This document shows, piece after piece, positions 19,868-29,476 of a DNA stretch of 64,000 bases. Position 1 is the first letter of the stretch. Each line of letters begins with the position of its first letter. Under the pieces are notes generated by a model. That model saw only the letters and a list, made by a program, of their open reading frames with translations, searched no databases and was not told where the DNA came from. Source of the DNA: Patescibacteria group bacterium (GTDB lineage: Bacteria > Patescibacteriota > Patescibacteriia > JAXHNJ01). The position numbers and the translations under genes were made by a program. The stretch covers positions 68,964 through 132,963 of the forward strand of contig JBAZMP010000002.1 of the NCBI GenBank assembly GCA_041649715.1, written 5' to 3'.

Positions 19868-20248
19868 CTAGCCGCCATTGACGGCGAGAGCGAGAGGAGC
19901 GGGGCAGCCTATCCAAACCTCCGTGCCGGGGAGGATCCGCTGGAAAAAGGGCGGGAGAATGATATTGACCAAGGCATTGGCCTTTGCCTCGGTCACTGGC
20001 TGGCCATTGCGGTCGAACATTTCTGCGACGCGGAAAACATGGGCGGGGTCGCCCAGGTCGATATATTCGCCCACGGCCAGAGGCTCTTTCAGGACCACGG
20101 AAACGACAGAGTCTTCATCGTTCTCTCTTATCGCGACGATGGTGCCGATCCTGTCCAACGGATTCCTCCTTTTGGGTTGTGGCGTGGTAAGAATATCGCC
20201 TACGACGATGCCTATTACGAAGATAATCAGCCAGTAGTAAAACGGCAT
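19868..20248 (-). CDS. Membrane-anchored beta-barrel protein (U32 C-terminal-like)
   Basis: N-terminal TM; IGTIV...LAVGEYI...VAEMFDRNGQPVTEAKAN; SD GGGAGG. Confidence 0.55.
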   Translation of the reverse strand: MPFYYWLIIFVIGIVVGDILTTPQPKRRNPLDRIGTIVAIRENDEDSVVSVVLKEPLAVGEYIDLGDPAHVFRVAEMFDRNGQPVTEAKANALVNIILPPFFQRILPGTEVWIGCPAPLALAVNGG

Positions 20249-20466
20249 ACTTTGCCTCCCTTATAGAGATTTTCCCAAAAAAATTAAGAACAACTAAACA
20301 TGATAGCTTAGATTTCAGAATCTGTCAACCTTTCCTCGCTGTATCGATATTTGGAATAATAAAAAACCCATGAAATGATCTTCACGGGCGAGACTGACGC
20401 AAGGCCAATCTACTTGGGGGTGCTATCGTATTTTAGCCTCTAGCATGTTGTGGGTGCTAGCGTGTC

Positions 20467-20928
20467 TCACCACGAATGGTACAAGCGGATGATCCTCTTC
20501 AGGTTTTCCATGTTCTTCTCGAGCAAGAGCAAACTCTTGTAGGGTCGGCACTCTTGGCAGACTCTGCAGTGATCAAGTAACAAATTCTCTACTTCAATTT
20601 CATTGATAGACTTTCCCTTTTTTGAAGGTACGAGAGTGAAGAAAAGTCGGCAGAACCAAGAGCACTCGCTTAGTCTATCAAGAAGCTCGATCGCAAAGGG
20701 GTGATACGCGGCTAAATCTCGGCATTGAGGGCATTCTTTCTGGTGGTGGCGCCACCATTTTTCCTCTTCGGGGCTATCGGTCTCGGCATACTGATCTAAC
20801 AGTCCCAGGGCCATGTAATTTCCCTCCCCGAAGTGTTCCAGTACGGTCGGACAGTTGTAAACGGATTGAGCTTCTCGGCGCTTAGCCAATCGCTCCAGCC
20901 GTTCTTTTAGGGCAGCTTGATAATGCAT
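20467..20928 (-). CDS. Protein with two HxxxCxxC (zf-HC2-like) motifs
   Basis: HQKECPQC and HCRVCQEC; SD AAAGGAGGT. Confidence 0.65.
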   Translation of the reverse strand: MHYQAALKERLERLAKRREAQSVYNCPTVLEHFGEGNYMALGLLDQYAETDSPEEEKWWRHHQKECPQCRDLAAYHPFAIELLDRLSECSWFCRLFFTLVPSKKGKSINEIEVENLLLDHCRVCQECRPYKSLLLLEKNMENLKRIIRLYHSW

Positions 20929-21085
20929 GGTTAACCTCCTTTGGTTAGTTGCCCTAGTTGAGACACAATTTAGAAAGGAACGTGAATTAATAGAGTAGCT
21001 TAGCACGGATTTTCTTTCCTGTCAAGAGGTAATAAAAAAAACCGGTGAGCGAAACCCACCGGTTGAATCTGTAAGATGTGACGAA

Positions 21086-21775
21086 CTACTTAGAGGAAAT
21101 TACCCGACGAGCGCGCAGATTTTCGTAGGCGCAGCTAGGATAATGCCAACACACAAGAAGCTCTTCATTATCAGCATCCCATTTGACACCTAGCACACCG
21201 CCATCTTGAGGGCGAGGACCAGCGCAAAGCGTGGTGTTCTGAACGTCGAGATGCTGATTGGTCTCGCAATAGTACTTGAGCTCATAGATTAGTCGTTCAA
21301 GTAAGTTTAGAATACTGGTATTTTGTTTCTCGAACTGGCTGGCCGAAATGAACATCAAATCCTTATCGGCTTCCACGCAATCTCGAGTACGGATAGCATA
21401 GCTGCGATCCGTTATCCGGAGATTCACTACGGTGTTTCTATCCAGGTCACCGAGGTAGACTGAGACCGGAAAGTGCTTCCTCAACGTTTTGATGACCCAG
21501 CTGAGAGTCATGCCCCTGGGAATGAAGATGATGCGAGTGAAGTCGCCGGGATCATCGGGAATAGGCACATCCGAGAAATCAAACTCCGCCCGAAAGTACT
21601 TGCGATAGAAATCCTGCCATTCCTGACGGATGTCAGTAATGACAAAGGGATTGCGGTGCTCGGTGAAAGCCCGCGCGTGTTCCAACGTGAGCGATCCGTC
21701 ATCAAACTGACGGAACATGTCACGTATGACGCCCGACCATTCGGACATCATGCCGACCACTTGTCTTTTACTCAT
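21086..21775 (-). CDS. Hypothetical protein with a CLec-like (DGR-target-like) C-terminus
   Basis: LDVQNTTLCAG...VKW...LLVCWHYP...LRARRVI; SD AAGGAGG. Confidence 0.65.
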   Translation of the reverse strand: MSKRQVVGMMSEWSGVIRDMFRQFDDGSLTLEHARAFTEHRNPFVITDIRQEWQDFYRKYFRAEFDFSDVPIPDDPGDFTRIIFIPRGMTLSWVIKTLRKHFPVSVYLGDLDRNTVVNLRITDRSYAIRTRDCVEADKDLMFISASQFEKQNTSILNLLERLIYELKYYCETNQHLDVQNTTLCAGPRPQDGGVLGVKWDADNEELLVCWHYPSCAYENLRARRVISSK

Positions 21776-21910
21776 GGCCAGCCTCCTTACTGTTAAGGGA
21801 CAAATTACCCGGTGTTTCCGAGTAATAAAATATGTTAGCGCAATTTATTGAATATGTCAAGATGATTTTTCCGGCAAGACTGATCAGAGTTTTTCTGCTA
21901 AAATAGGGTT

Positions 21911-24667
21911 ATGAGTACTCAAAGGAAGTTTGTTATTATCGACGGCAATGCCATTATTCATCGGGCTTTTCACGCATTGCCTCCCACCTTGACTACTAAA
22001 AAGGGGGAGTTAGTTAATGCTGTCTATGGCTTTGCCGCCGTACTGTTGAAGGTTTTAAAGGATTTAAAGCCGGATTATATCGCGGCGACTTTTGATTTAG
22101 GCGGGCCGACTTTCCGGGACAAGATGTATAAGGAATACAAAGCGACGCGGGTTAAAGCCGACCAAAGTCTTTATGACCAGATTCCGCGAGTGAAAGAACT
22201 CGTGTCCAGCTTCAATATTCCGATTTATGAAAAAGCAGGTTATGAGGCGGATGACGTCATTGGCACGATTGTTGAGCAAGTGGCCAAAGAGCCGACGGAA
22301 AATATTATTGTTACTGGCGATTTGGATACTTTGCAATTAATTAATGATAAGACTAAAGTCTATACTTTAAAAAAGGGCGTTTCTGAAGAGATTGTTTATG
22401 ACGAGACGCATGTCAGGCAAAGATACGGTTTTGGCCCGGAGCAGATGATTGACTATAAAGCCTTGCGGGGCGACCCTTCCGACAATATTCCCGGGGTGCG
22501 CGGGATTGGGGAAAAAACCGCCGGTGATTTAATCAAGGATTTCGGCTCTCTGGAAAAGATTTATAAAGCTTTGGATAAAGGCGGTAAGGCGGCGGAGAAA
22601 ATAAAAGAGCGTTATCAGACTCTGCTTAAAGAACATAAGAAAGAAGCTTTTCTTTCCAAAAAACTGGCGACAATCGAAAGAAAAACACCGATTGAGTTTG
22701 ATCTGGAAAAAGCGGCGGTGAAAAATTATGACCGGCAAAAAGTGGTGACCTTGTTTTCCGAGCTGGAATTCAAGAGCCTTTTAAATAAATTGCCCGGGGA
22801 ACCCGGTGGCAAAAGATTCCAGGGCAGCATGGATTTAGGCAGTAATACCCCGGAAGTTGATCGGAAGAAAAGATCGGATAAGCTGGGATTGGATTATCAG
22901 TTGGTGGATACGGAAACGAAGTTAACCAAGCTGATTGAGGAATTAAGGAATTTAGAAGAATTATGCGTGGATACGGAAACCACGAGTCTTGATCCTTTTC
23001 TGGCCGAATTGCTGGGAGTGAGTTTTTCCTGGCAAAAAGACAAGGCTTTTTTCGTTTCTTTAGTTAAATTGCCTGAGGCTTTGGAAAAGTTAAGGCCGGT
23101 TTTGGAAAATGGCAAGATTTTGAAATACGGTCACAATTTGAAATATGATTATGCGGTTTTAAGGCAGGCGGGAGTAGAAATGCAACCCCTATATTTTGAT
23201 TCCATGATTGCCGCTTATTTAATCAATCCCGGTATCCGGCAATATAATCTGGATAATTTGGTTTTTACCGAATTAGGTTACGAGATGCAGCCTTTGGAAG
23301 AATTAATCGGCAAAAAAGGAAAAAATCAACTTCCTGTTTCCGCCGTGCCCGTGGAAAAATTATCCTGGTATTCCTGCGAAGACGCGGATTTCACTTTTAA
23401 ACTAGCCAAGCATTTGGATCCCGACCTTGAGCATAACGCGGCGGAGGGATTGTTTCACAAAATGGAAATGCCCCTGGTACGAGTTTTGACCCATATAGAG
23501 GAGGCGGGCGTTAAGATAGATGCGGATTTTTTAGGGAAAATGAATAAGGAGATATCAGTCCGTTTAATAGAAATTGAAAAACAGATTCATAAATTGGCTA
23601 AAACTAAGTTTAACATCAATTCGCCTTTGCAGCTTAAAGAAGTTTTGTTTGAGAAATTAAAAATTTCGCCCTTGGGCTTGAGCAAGACCAAGACCGGAAT
23701 TTCCACGGCGGCGGCGGAATTAGATAAACTAAAAGACAAACATCCGATTATTGCCTTGATTTCGAAAAATAGAGAATTGGCAAAGTTAAAATCCACTTAC
23801 TTGGAGGCTTTGCCTAAATTGGTCAATCCAAAAACCGGAAGAGTGCACACGAGTTTTAATCAGACGGTGGCGGCTACCGGCCGTTTATCTTCTTCTGAAC
23901 CTAATTTGCAGAATATTCCCATCCGGACGGAGCTGGGAGCGAAAATCCGGAAAGCTTTTATCGCGGAAAAAGGTTTTAAACTGCTGGCGGCGGATTATTC
24001 CCAAATTGAATTAAGAATTGTCGCTTCTTTGGCCAATGACGAAAAAATGATCGAAAGCTTCCAAAAGGGGGAGGATATTCATATCAGAACTGCCGCTGAT
24101 ATAAATGAAGTACCTTTGGATAAAGTCACCCCGCAAATGCGGCGCGCGGCAAAAGCCACCAATTTCGGGATTATTTATGGATTGGGTATGCACGGTCTCG
24201 CGGCCAACGCCGATATCAGCCTGGACAAGGCGCGCGCCTTTATTGAAAAATATTTCACCATCCACGAAGCCATTGCCAATTATTTGAACGACAGCAAAGA
24301 GCAGGCGCACGAGCTGGGTTATAATGAAACTTTGTTTGGCCGCCGCCGGTATTATCCGGAAATTAATTCCGGCAATCAGGGCTTGCAAGCGGCGGCAGAA
24401 AGGGCGGCCATCAACCATCCGGTCCAGGGCACGGCCGCGGATCTCATTAAAATGGCGATGATTGAAATCAGTCATAAATTGCCGACTGTTAGTCCAAAAA
24501 CCCGCATGATTTTGCAGGTGCATGATGAGCTGGTTTTTGAAGTGCCGGAACCGGAAGTTAGCAAAGTTTCTAAGTTCGTGAAAGATACCATGGAAAACAT
24601 TTACAAACTGAAAGTGCCGATTAAAGTGGAAACAGGCGTGGGGGGTAATTGGGGGGAGTGCAAGTGA
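21911..24667 (+). CDS. polA: DNA polymerase I
   Basis: IIDGN..HRAFHA 5'-3' exonuclease, DTETT, TGRLSSSEPNLQNIP, ADYSQIELR, LQVHDEL. Confidence 0.98.
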   Translation: MSTQRKFVIIDGNAIIHRAFHALPPTLTTKKGELVNAVYGFAAVLLKVLKDLKPDYIAATFDLGGPTFRDKMYKEYKATRVKADQSLYDQIPRVKELVSSFNIPIYEKAGYEADDVIGTIVEQVAKEPTENIIVTGDLDTLQLINDKTKVYTLKKGVSEEIVYDETHVRQRYGFGPEQMIDYKALRGDPSDNIPGVRGIGEKTAGDLIKDFGSLEKIYKALDKGGKAAEKIKERYQTLLKEHKKEAFLSKKLATIERKTPIEFDLEKAAVKNYDRQKVVTLFSELEFKSLLNKLPGEPGGKRFQGSMDLGSNTPEVDRKKRSDKLGLDYQLVDTETKLTKLIEELRNLEELCVDTETTSLDPFLAELLGVSFSWQKDKAFFVSLVKLPEALEKLRPVLENGKILKYGHNLKYDYAVLRQAGVEMQPLYFDSMIAAYLINPGIRQYNLDNLVFTELGYEMQPLEELIGKKGKNQLPVSAVPVEKLSWYSCEDADFTFKLAKHLDPDLEHNAAEGLFHKMEMPLVRVLTHIEEAGVKIDADFLGKMNKEISVRLIEIEKQIHKLAKTKFNINSPLQLKEVLFEKLKISPLGLSKTKTGISTAAAELDKLKDKHPIIALISKNRELAKLKSTYLEALPKLVNPKTGRVHTSFNQTVAATGRLSSSEPNLQNIPIRTELGAKIRKAFIAEKGFKLLAADYSQIELRIVASLANDEKMIESFQKGEDIHIRTAADINEVPLDKVTPQMRRAAKATNFGIIYGLGMHGLAANADISLDKARAFIEKYFTIHEAIANYLNDSKEQAHELGYNETLFGRRRYYPEINSGNQGLQAAAERAAINHPVQGTAADLIKMAMIEISHKLPTVSPKTRMILQVHDELVFEVPEPEVSKVSKFVKDTMENIYKLKVPIKVETGVGGNWGECK

Positions 24668-24682
24668 GGGGAGATAAAAAAC

Positions 24683-25627
24683 ATGATCAAAAATGAATTT
24701 AAAATCCAGTCCCTTGGCATGTTTCTCGCCGCCGGAATTTGGGGTACGTGGGTAATAATACTTAAAGGCGTAACACTGCCTGGTTTTTTTGTCACGGCTA
24801 TTACCTCTTTAACGGGATCTTTGGCCTTACTTATTGTTATTTTACTTTCTGGCAAATGGCAAGACTTTCTTCAAACAATAAAAGCAAAAAGCCTTTGGCG
24901 TCTAATCATTGTAGTCGCATTCTTAGCGGCCCTGCAGAACGCTTTGTTAATGGTTTCTTTTAAGTTGGCAATTGCCGGTGGCGGCTCGGTTTTAATTCCG
25001 ATCATCCGTTCCTTGGTCGGCGTCATCATTCCTTTTACGGTCTTATTTTTCAGGAAAGGGGAAAAATTTTCCCTTCAGTTTTTGTTTTACGGCGCCTTGG
25101 CCACTATCGGTGCTCTTTCCATTTTTACCTGGGGCGGCATCAATGTCGGGAGACAAATCAGCTATTTCGGTTTGTTCCTTGCTTTCTGTTCGGTGGTCGC
25201 TTTAGCGGTTCAATATATATTTTTAAGACGCTTAGCCGTAGAAATGGCAAAAGAGGGGCGGTCTTCTTTAAATGTCATTGCTTTTCAGTCTTTTTTATCT
25301 TTTCTTTTTTTGGCGCCTTTGCTTCTCGGTTATCTTCTAATAAACAGGGAAATCATCAACCTTAATCTTGTTCGACAGTTACTTTATATTGGATTTTTTG
25401 GCTTAACGCACGTCGCCCTCGCTTTTATCTTTATGTTCAAGGCCTTGAAATATGTCACGGCTCAACAAAGTCAGATTATCGGCTACCTTGAACCATTGGT
25501 TAGCGTCACTCTTTCCATTCTTTTTTTGAAAGAACTTATTACTTTGGGTTATTTTATCGGCGCGTCTTTGATATTAGTCGCGGCCATGGCCGCCAGCCTG
25601 AAGACAGCTTCGATTGATTATGAATAA
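24683..25627 (+). CDS. DMT/EamA family transporter
   Basis: About 10 TM helices; IGYLEPLVSVTLSILFLKE. Confidence 0.85.
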   Translation: MIKNEFKIQSLGMFLAAGIWGTWVIILKGVTLPGFFVTAITSLTGSLALLIVILLSGKWQDFLQTIKAKSLWRLIIVVAFLAALQNALLMVSFKLAIAGGGSVLIPIIRSLVGVIIPFTVLFFRKGEKFSLQFLFYGALATIGALSIFTWGGINVGRQISYFGLFLAFCSVVALAVQYIFLRRLAVEMAKEGRSSLNVIAFQSFLSFLFLAPLLLGYLLINREIINLNLVRQLLYIGFFGLTHVALAFIFMFKALKYVTAQQSQIIGYLEPLVSVTLSILFLKELITLGYFIGASLILVAAMAASLKTASIDYE

Positions 25628-25670
25628 ATTAAGTTGAGACGCGTGGGGCAATTGGGGAGAATGCAAGTAG
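25628..25670 (+). repeat. Degenerate duplicate of the polA 3' end (24620-24667)
   Basis: ATTAAGTTGAGACGCGTGGGGCAATTGGGGAGAATGCAAGTAG vs ATTAAAGTGGAAACAGGCGTGGGGGGTAATTGGGGGGAGTGCAAGTGA. Confidence 0.75.
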
Positions 25671-25676
25671 GGGGGT

Positions 25677-25795
25677 ATTGTCATACTGAGGTGGTCGCAC
25701 GGAGCGACCCTCGAAGTATGACGCCAATTGGAAGCGTTCCATAGTCTTATGCTTCGAGACGCCCTCGTTTCGCTCGGGCTCCTCAGCATGACAAT
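25677..25795. repeat. REP/MITE-like palindromic element
   Basis: Terminal inverted repeats ATTGTCATACTGAGG / CCTCAGCATGACAAT with internal hairpins. Confidence 0.7.
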
Positions 25796-25884
25796 GGGAG
25801 CCAGTCCACTTAGATTAGACATTGACTTTTTTTTATTAATATATAAGATATAGGCAGGTTGTTCTTAACAAGGAGGTTCTAATC

Positions 25885-26109
25885 ATGACTCGTCGGAAAG
25901 GACAAGGCAAGGTAGCGTCTCTTAATGGTAGCAAAATTATTACCGCTTTTCTTCAAGCGATTAAGGATGCCGGGGGCGACGAAGCGGATGCTCTTTCGTT
26001 CGCTGACGATAAAAGGTTGAAAAGGCAAGTCGGCCGGCTTATTTTTTGTCGTTATCATCTGCCTACAGGCGATCATGGCAGTTTGGGTAAATTTGGTACG
26101 GAGTGGTAA
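25885..26109 (+). CDS. Small hypothetical protein
   Basis: Promoter TTGACT-N15-TAAGAT-like at about 25822-25850, SD AAGGAGGT. Confidence 0.65.
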   Translation: MTRRKGQGKVASLNGSKIITAFLQAIKDAGGDEADALSFADDKRLKRQVGRLIFCRYHLPTGDHGSLGKFGTEW

Positions 26110-26164
26110 ATAAATTTTTACGTAATTGCGCATGGCACAGACAGATAGAATAAGGGGGTTAAAG

Positions 26165-26419
26165 GTGAAAAAAGCGTTGTCGGCTCTGGCTGTCTGCCTG
26201 GTCTGGGCGGGGATGGGCGTACTATTGCTCTGGATGGGAGCCAGTTCCTCGGTAGGAATTTCCGGTGAGGCTTTGGGATTTCTTGTTTTTCTCTCGCTCC
26301 TTCTCGGTGCTTTGGGCGTGCTGATCTCTGGTCTATGGGCCTTGATTGAATTGTTTATTATCATTGGGTCGGCAGTCACGAGTCATCGAGCCAGAAGGAC
26401 GGCTACGCCGTCAGTCTGA
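26165..26419 (+). CDS. Small 2-TM membrane protein
   Basis: SD AAGGGGG, GTG start, hydrophobic. Confidence 0.5.
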   Translation: MKKALSALAVCLVWAGMGVLLLWMGASSSVGISGEALGFLVFLSLLLGALGVLISGLWALIELFIIIGSAVTSHRARRTATPSV

Positions 26420-26528
26420 TGAAAAACCTAATTCCTTATCTGTTCGTCAAGAGAAGATTACCCTATCTTCTCTTTTTATATAAATTATTGTATATTCAAG
26501 TCAGATATTAATCAGTTAAATTAATCTT

Positions 26529-27272
26529 ATGAGAGTAGAAAATAATCCAGAACAAAAAATTAACCAGGAAGAGGCGGAAAAGCCGAAAAAGAAACACCAC
26601 CGATTAAGAAATTTTCTAATCGTTTTAGGCGTGATAATCGTGGCCTTGGTTTTAGTCATCGGCTATTTGGGAATTTACAAAATCCCCGTCATTTCTTCTG
26701 TCATGGGCGCGGACAAGCCGAGGGATTTAGGGATTAAGACGAGCGAGGAGGCGCTGGCCAGCATTAAAGAAAAAATCCAGATGAAAATCACCGGCGATTA
26801 TGTTAATTTTGAAAGCACGGACCCGAGCCAGCTTTTTACAGGCGTAATTCCCGTGGACACCAGCACGACGTCAGAAGAAATTACTTCCTGGTTGCAGCGG
26901 TTTGAAGGTGATGACCCGATTTTTTCTGATACCCAGGTTAGGAAGTTTGAGGGCGGCTTGGAAATCTCCACGATGCTGAACATGTATTTAAAGACGCCGG
27001 TTTACGTCAAGGTATTAGTTAATCAGACTTCCAACAAAAGCGTGTCTTTGAATATTCAGAAAGCTTCGCTTGGAAGAATACCCGTGCCGGAAGGATATCT
27101 GGAAAAAGCTAGCGATTGGTTTGAGGAAAAAATTGCGAAAATCATGGCGGCCATCCCGGGGTTTTCCATGGAGAAATACGAAATCCATGAGAATTATTCT
27201 ACGTTCAAAGGTACTTTTCCGGCCCAGGTGAAGAAATCAAAACAGGGTTTCAGCGCCTTGTTTAGCTTGTAA
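26529..27272 (+). CDS. Hypothetical single-pass membrane protein
   Basis: 247-aa ORF with N-terminal TM and KPRDLGIK. Confidence 0.8.
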   Translation: MRVENNPEQKINQEEAEKPKKKHHRLRNFLIVLGVIIVALVLVIGYLGIYKIPVISSVMGADKPRDLGIKTSEEALASIKEKIQMKITGDYVNFESTDPSQLFTGVIPVDTSTTSEEITSWLQRFEGDDPIFSDTQVRKFEGGLEISTMLNMYLKTPVYVKVLVNQTSNKSVSLNIQKASLGRIPVPEGYLEKASDWFEEKIAKIMAAIPGFSMEKYEIHENYSTFKGTFPAQVKKSKQGFSALFSL

Positions 27273-27348
27273 GACCAGGAGAAATTAAAGCGGAAGCCAT
27301 AAAAAAACCCCAAGCGAACTTGGGGTTTTGCGTGTTCTTGAAAAAGAG

Positions 27349-27759
27349 CTATTCTTGGTCGGTCTTGATGTATTTTGCCGTTCCCTCATTTTCCGTCCGG
27401 CGATGCCACTCGCGGAATTTCCCGAAATTCTCGGAGATTTCCCGGAGATAATGAGAGATCTGCGCTTCGCTCGCCAGGCCCTGGAAAAATACTGCGCAGG
27501 AAAGATTCTTTTTCTCAGGAATGAGGATCTGGACAAAGCCGTCCTTTGTGGAGAAGATCAGTCCCGTCCATTTCATGCCTTCGAGTATGTGATTGGTTCG
27601 GCCACACCAGCTCGGGACGACCAGGCGGATCGTTTCCATCTCATCCGACTTGACGTCATGGGTCATATTCCTTTGATTTAGGTCTCCCTGATTCGGAAAA
27701 GAGAAAAACGGGCCAGCCCAGCCTTCTAACTTGAGATCTTTCAATTGTCGAAAGTCCAC
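27349..27759 (-). CDS. Hypothetical protein
   Basis: SD AAAGGAGG, GTG start, own promoter and terminator (about 27299-27329). Confidence 0.6.
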   Translation of the reverse strand: MDFRQLKDLKLEGWAGPFFSFPNQGDLNQRNMTHDVKSDEMETIRLVVPSWCGRTNHILEGMKWTGLIFSTKDGFVQILIPEKKNLSCAVFFQGLASEAQISHYLREISENFGKFREWHRRTENEGTAKYIKTDQE

Positions 27760-27931
27760 GTCCGCCTCCTTTGTTTTTTGCCAATTCCCGATTTACCGAT
27801 TAATAGATTGACAGACTTAATAAAATAGCACAGCCGCTATTTTTTGTCAATTCTCATGATCCGCCGGGAGTTTTTGGCAAAATAAAAAAGGCCCCGGCGG
27901 CTTAACCTCCGGGGCGCTTAGAGATATGAAT

Positions 27932-28165
27932 TTACTTTGAAAGGACTATGGAATTTTGGCAGCGGTTGCAACGTTGCCAGACATGAGGAGTAGTCATGTC
28001 CGAGCCAAGAGGCCGGACGCCGGCGGTGAAGCGACTGACTTGGCCGCCGCAGCCGATGACCGGGCAATCGCCGATTACTGCCTCCTGGGGAACAAGGGCG
28101 ATTATTCCCGCGAAGTGTTTGTGTCCGTCGGGAAAGCCCTCGGCCGGTAGATCGTTGATGTTCAT
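27932..28165 (-). CDS. Small Cys-containing protein
   Basis: SD AAAGGAG, ATGA coupling, CPVIGC and CNRC. Confidence 0.55.
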   Translation of the reverse strand: MNINDLPAEGFPDGHKHFAGIIALVPQEAVIGDCPVIGCGGQVSRFTAGVRPLGSDMTTPHVWQRCNRCQNSIVLSK

Positions 28166-28572
28166 GCTTTCGCTCCTTTGTTGGTGGGACAGTCAGTGTT
28201 CGGGCAGCCCTCCTGTCCGAAGGTTACTTGCCGATGACAGACATGGCAGTCGAACATTTTTTCCTGAAGCTTTGGCCGATTGAGAAGAAAACCGTTCCCG
28301 CGGGGGATAACATATTCCGTGCTTTTCAACACGTTGATTACGAATTCCAGATTCAGCTCGGGGTAGTTGGGTTGAAGAACTGACAAGACCGTTTCCGCTG
28401 GGATACCGTTTTCGGCCAGATCGGGCGCGATCTTTTCCAGATGGAACAGGGCGAGGTAATAACGCAGCGTCACAAAACAGTTTATTTGGGGAATGATTTC
28501 CTCAAGGGTCGGTTTGGCTGGATTCCATCTCAAAATGCAGAGATGAAGCAGCCAGACGGCGTTCTTCGGCAT
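28162..28572 (-). CDS. Hypothetical protein with a C-terminal zinc ribbon
   Basis: CHVC...CPNTDC; SD GAGGAGGG. Confidence 0.6.
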   Translation of the reverse strand: MPKNAVWLLHLCILRWNPAKPTLEEIIPQINCFVTLRYYLALFHLEKIAPDLAENGIPAETVLSVLQPNYPELNLEFVINVLKSTEYVIPRGNGFLLNRPKLQEKMFDCHVCHRQVTFGQEGCPNTDCPTNKGAKA

Positions 28573-28592
28573 TTTCTCTCCCTCCTCAAGGG

Positions 28593-28778
28593 TTAGGGTT
28601 TTTCCTCGTTATTCTTTGGCGTATCGACAAAACCGGATTGAGCGCAAGGGTAAAAAGTCCCCGGCGGCAGAGGTTTGGTCGTCGGACTGGGTCCGGCGCA
28701 TTGATGCTCTTCTCCGGCGCGGATTACTTGGTGACAATGGGAACATTTCGTCGACAAAATGATGATCTTTTCCGGCAC
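28593..28778 (-). CDS. Small Cys/His protein
   Basis: CSHC...HQC; first gene of a three-gene operon. Confidence 0.45.
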   Translation of the reverse strand: MPEKIIILSTKCSHCHQVIRAGEEHQCAGPSPTTKPLPPGTFYPCAQSGFVDTPKNNEEKP

Positions 28779-28973
28779 GGCTTATTCTCTTTTTTTATTT
28801 TCCCTTAAGACACTATTGATGAAAAGAGCGCCATTAGTATATCAAAGATGTTATAGCTTAACAAATTATTGCCTGTGCGTCAAGCCTTGACTTAAGCCAA
28901 TTGGCCGTGATAAGGTATTTAAATTAAGTGAGATTTTTTGCTCTTGAGTTTGTTATCTTGAAAGGAGGAGGCG

Positions 28974-29345
28974 ATGCGTTCTTTGGAAAAAGGAGAGGAT
29001 CCCCTAAGTTGGTTTTTCCGGAGAAAGGCCGGTTATGGCCGTCGGGAGAAGCGGCGGGGGAATTCAGCCAAGGGATCACCTCCGCAGCCGGAAGTGAAGG
29101 AAGTAAAACCTTCTTTGCCGCCCGCCACCCGAGAAGAAAAGTGTGTCGGAATTCTCAAGTTATTAGACGGTGGCGAAGTCCGTCTCAAAGACCTGCCTCG
29201 GTTGATGAAGCTGCCCGGCGTTAATTGCTGGGGGAATATCAGGGAAGTCGTTGAGGACCTGGAAAGAGAAGGCCGCGTGGTCAGATTTTCTTCTGCTCAT
29301 AGAAGCGTGATGCTTGCCAGGGCAAAAATCACTTATGTAAGATAA
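28974..29345 (+). CDS. Basic hypothetical protein (possible winged helix at the C-terminus)
   Basis: SD GAAAGGAGGAGG; IREVVEDLEREGRVVR; terminator at about 29367-29399. Confidence 0.55.
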   Translation: MRSLEKGEDPLSWFFRRKAGYGRREKRRGNSAKGSPPQPEVKEVKPSLPPATREEKCVGILKLLDGGEVRLKDLPRLMKLPGVNCWGNIREVVEDLEREGRVVRFSSAHRSVMLARAKITYVR

Positions 29346-29476
29346 AATCAGGAATTGTTCCCTATTAACTTCCCGGTCGGCCGGTCGGGAAGTTTTTTTA
29401 TCCCGTTAGAAAAAGTTTTCCAACATGTTTGTCCGGCTTAACAAACACCCGTTTTTGTGAGAAGATATTATTACTT

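Noticed and set aside
21086-21775. Complete diversity-generating retroelement
   Set aside because: No reverse transcriptase, Avd or template repeat was seen in the window.
10585-21800. Prophage interpretation of the orphan-rich region
   Set aside because: No integrase, terminase, capsid or tail genes; the cassettes are individually promoted and interleaved with tRNA and core genes.
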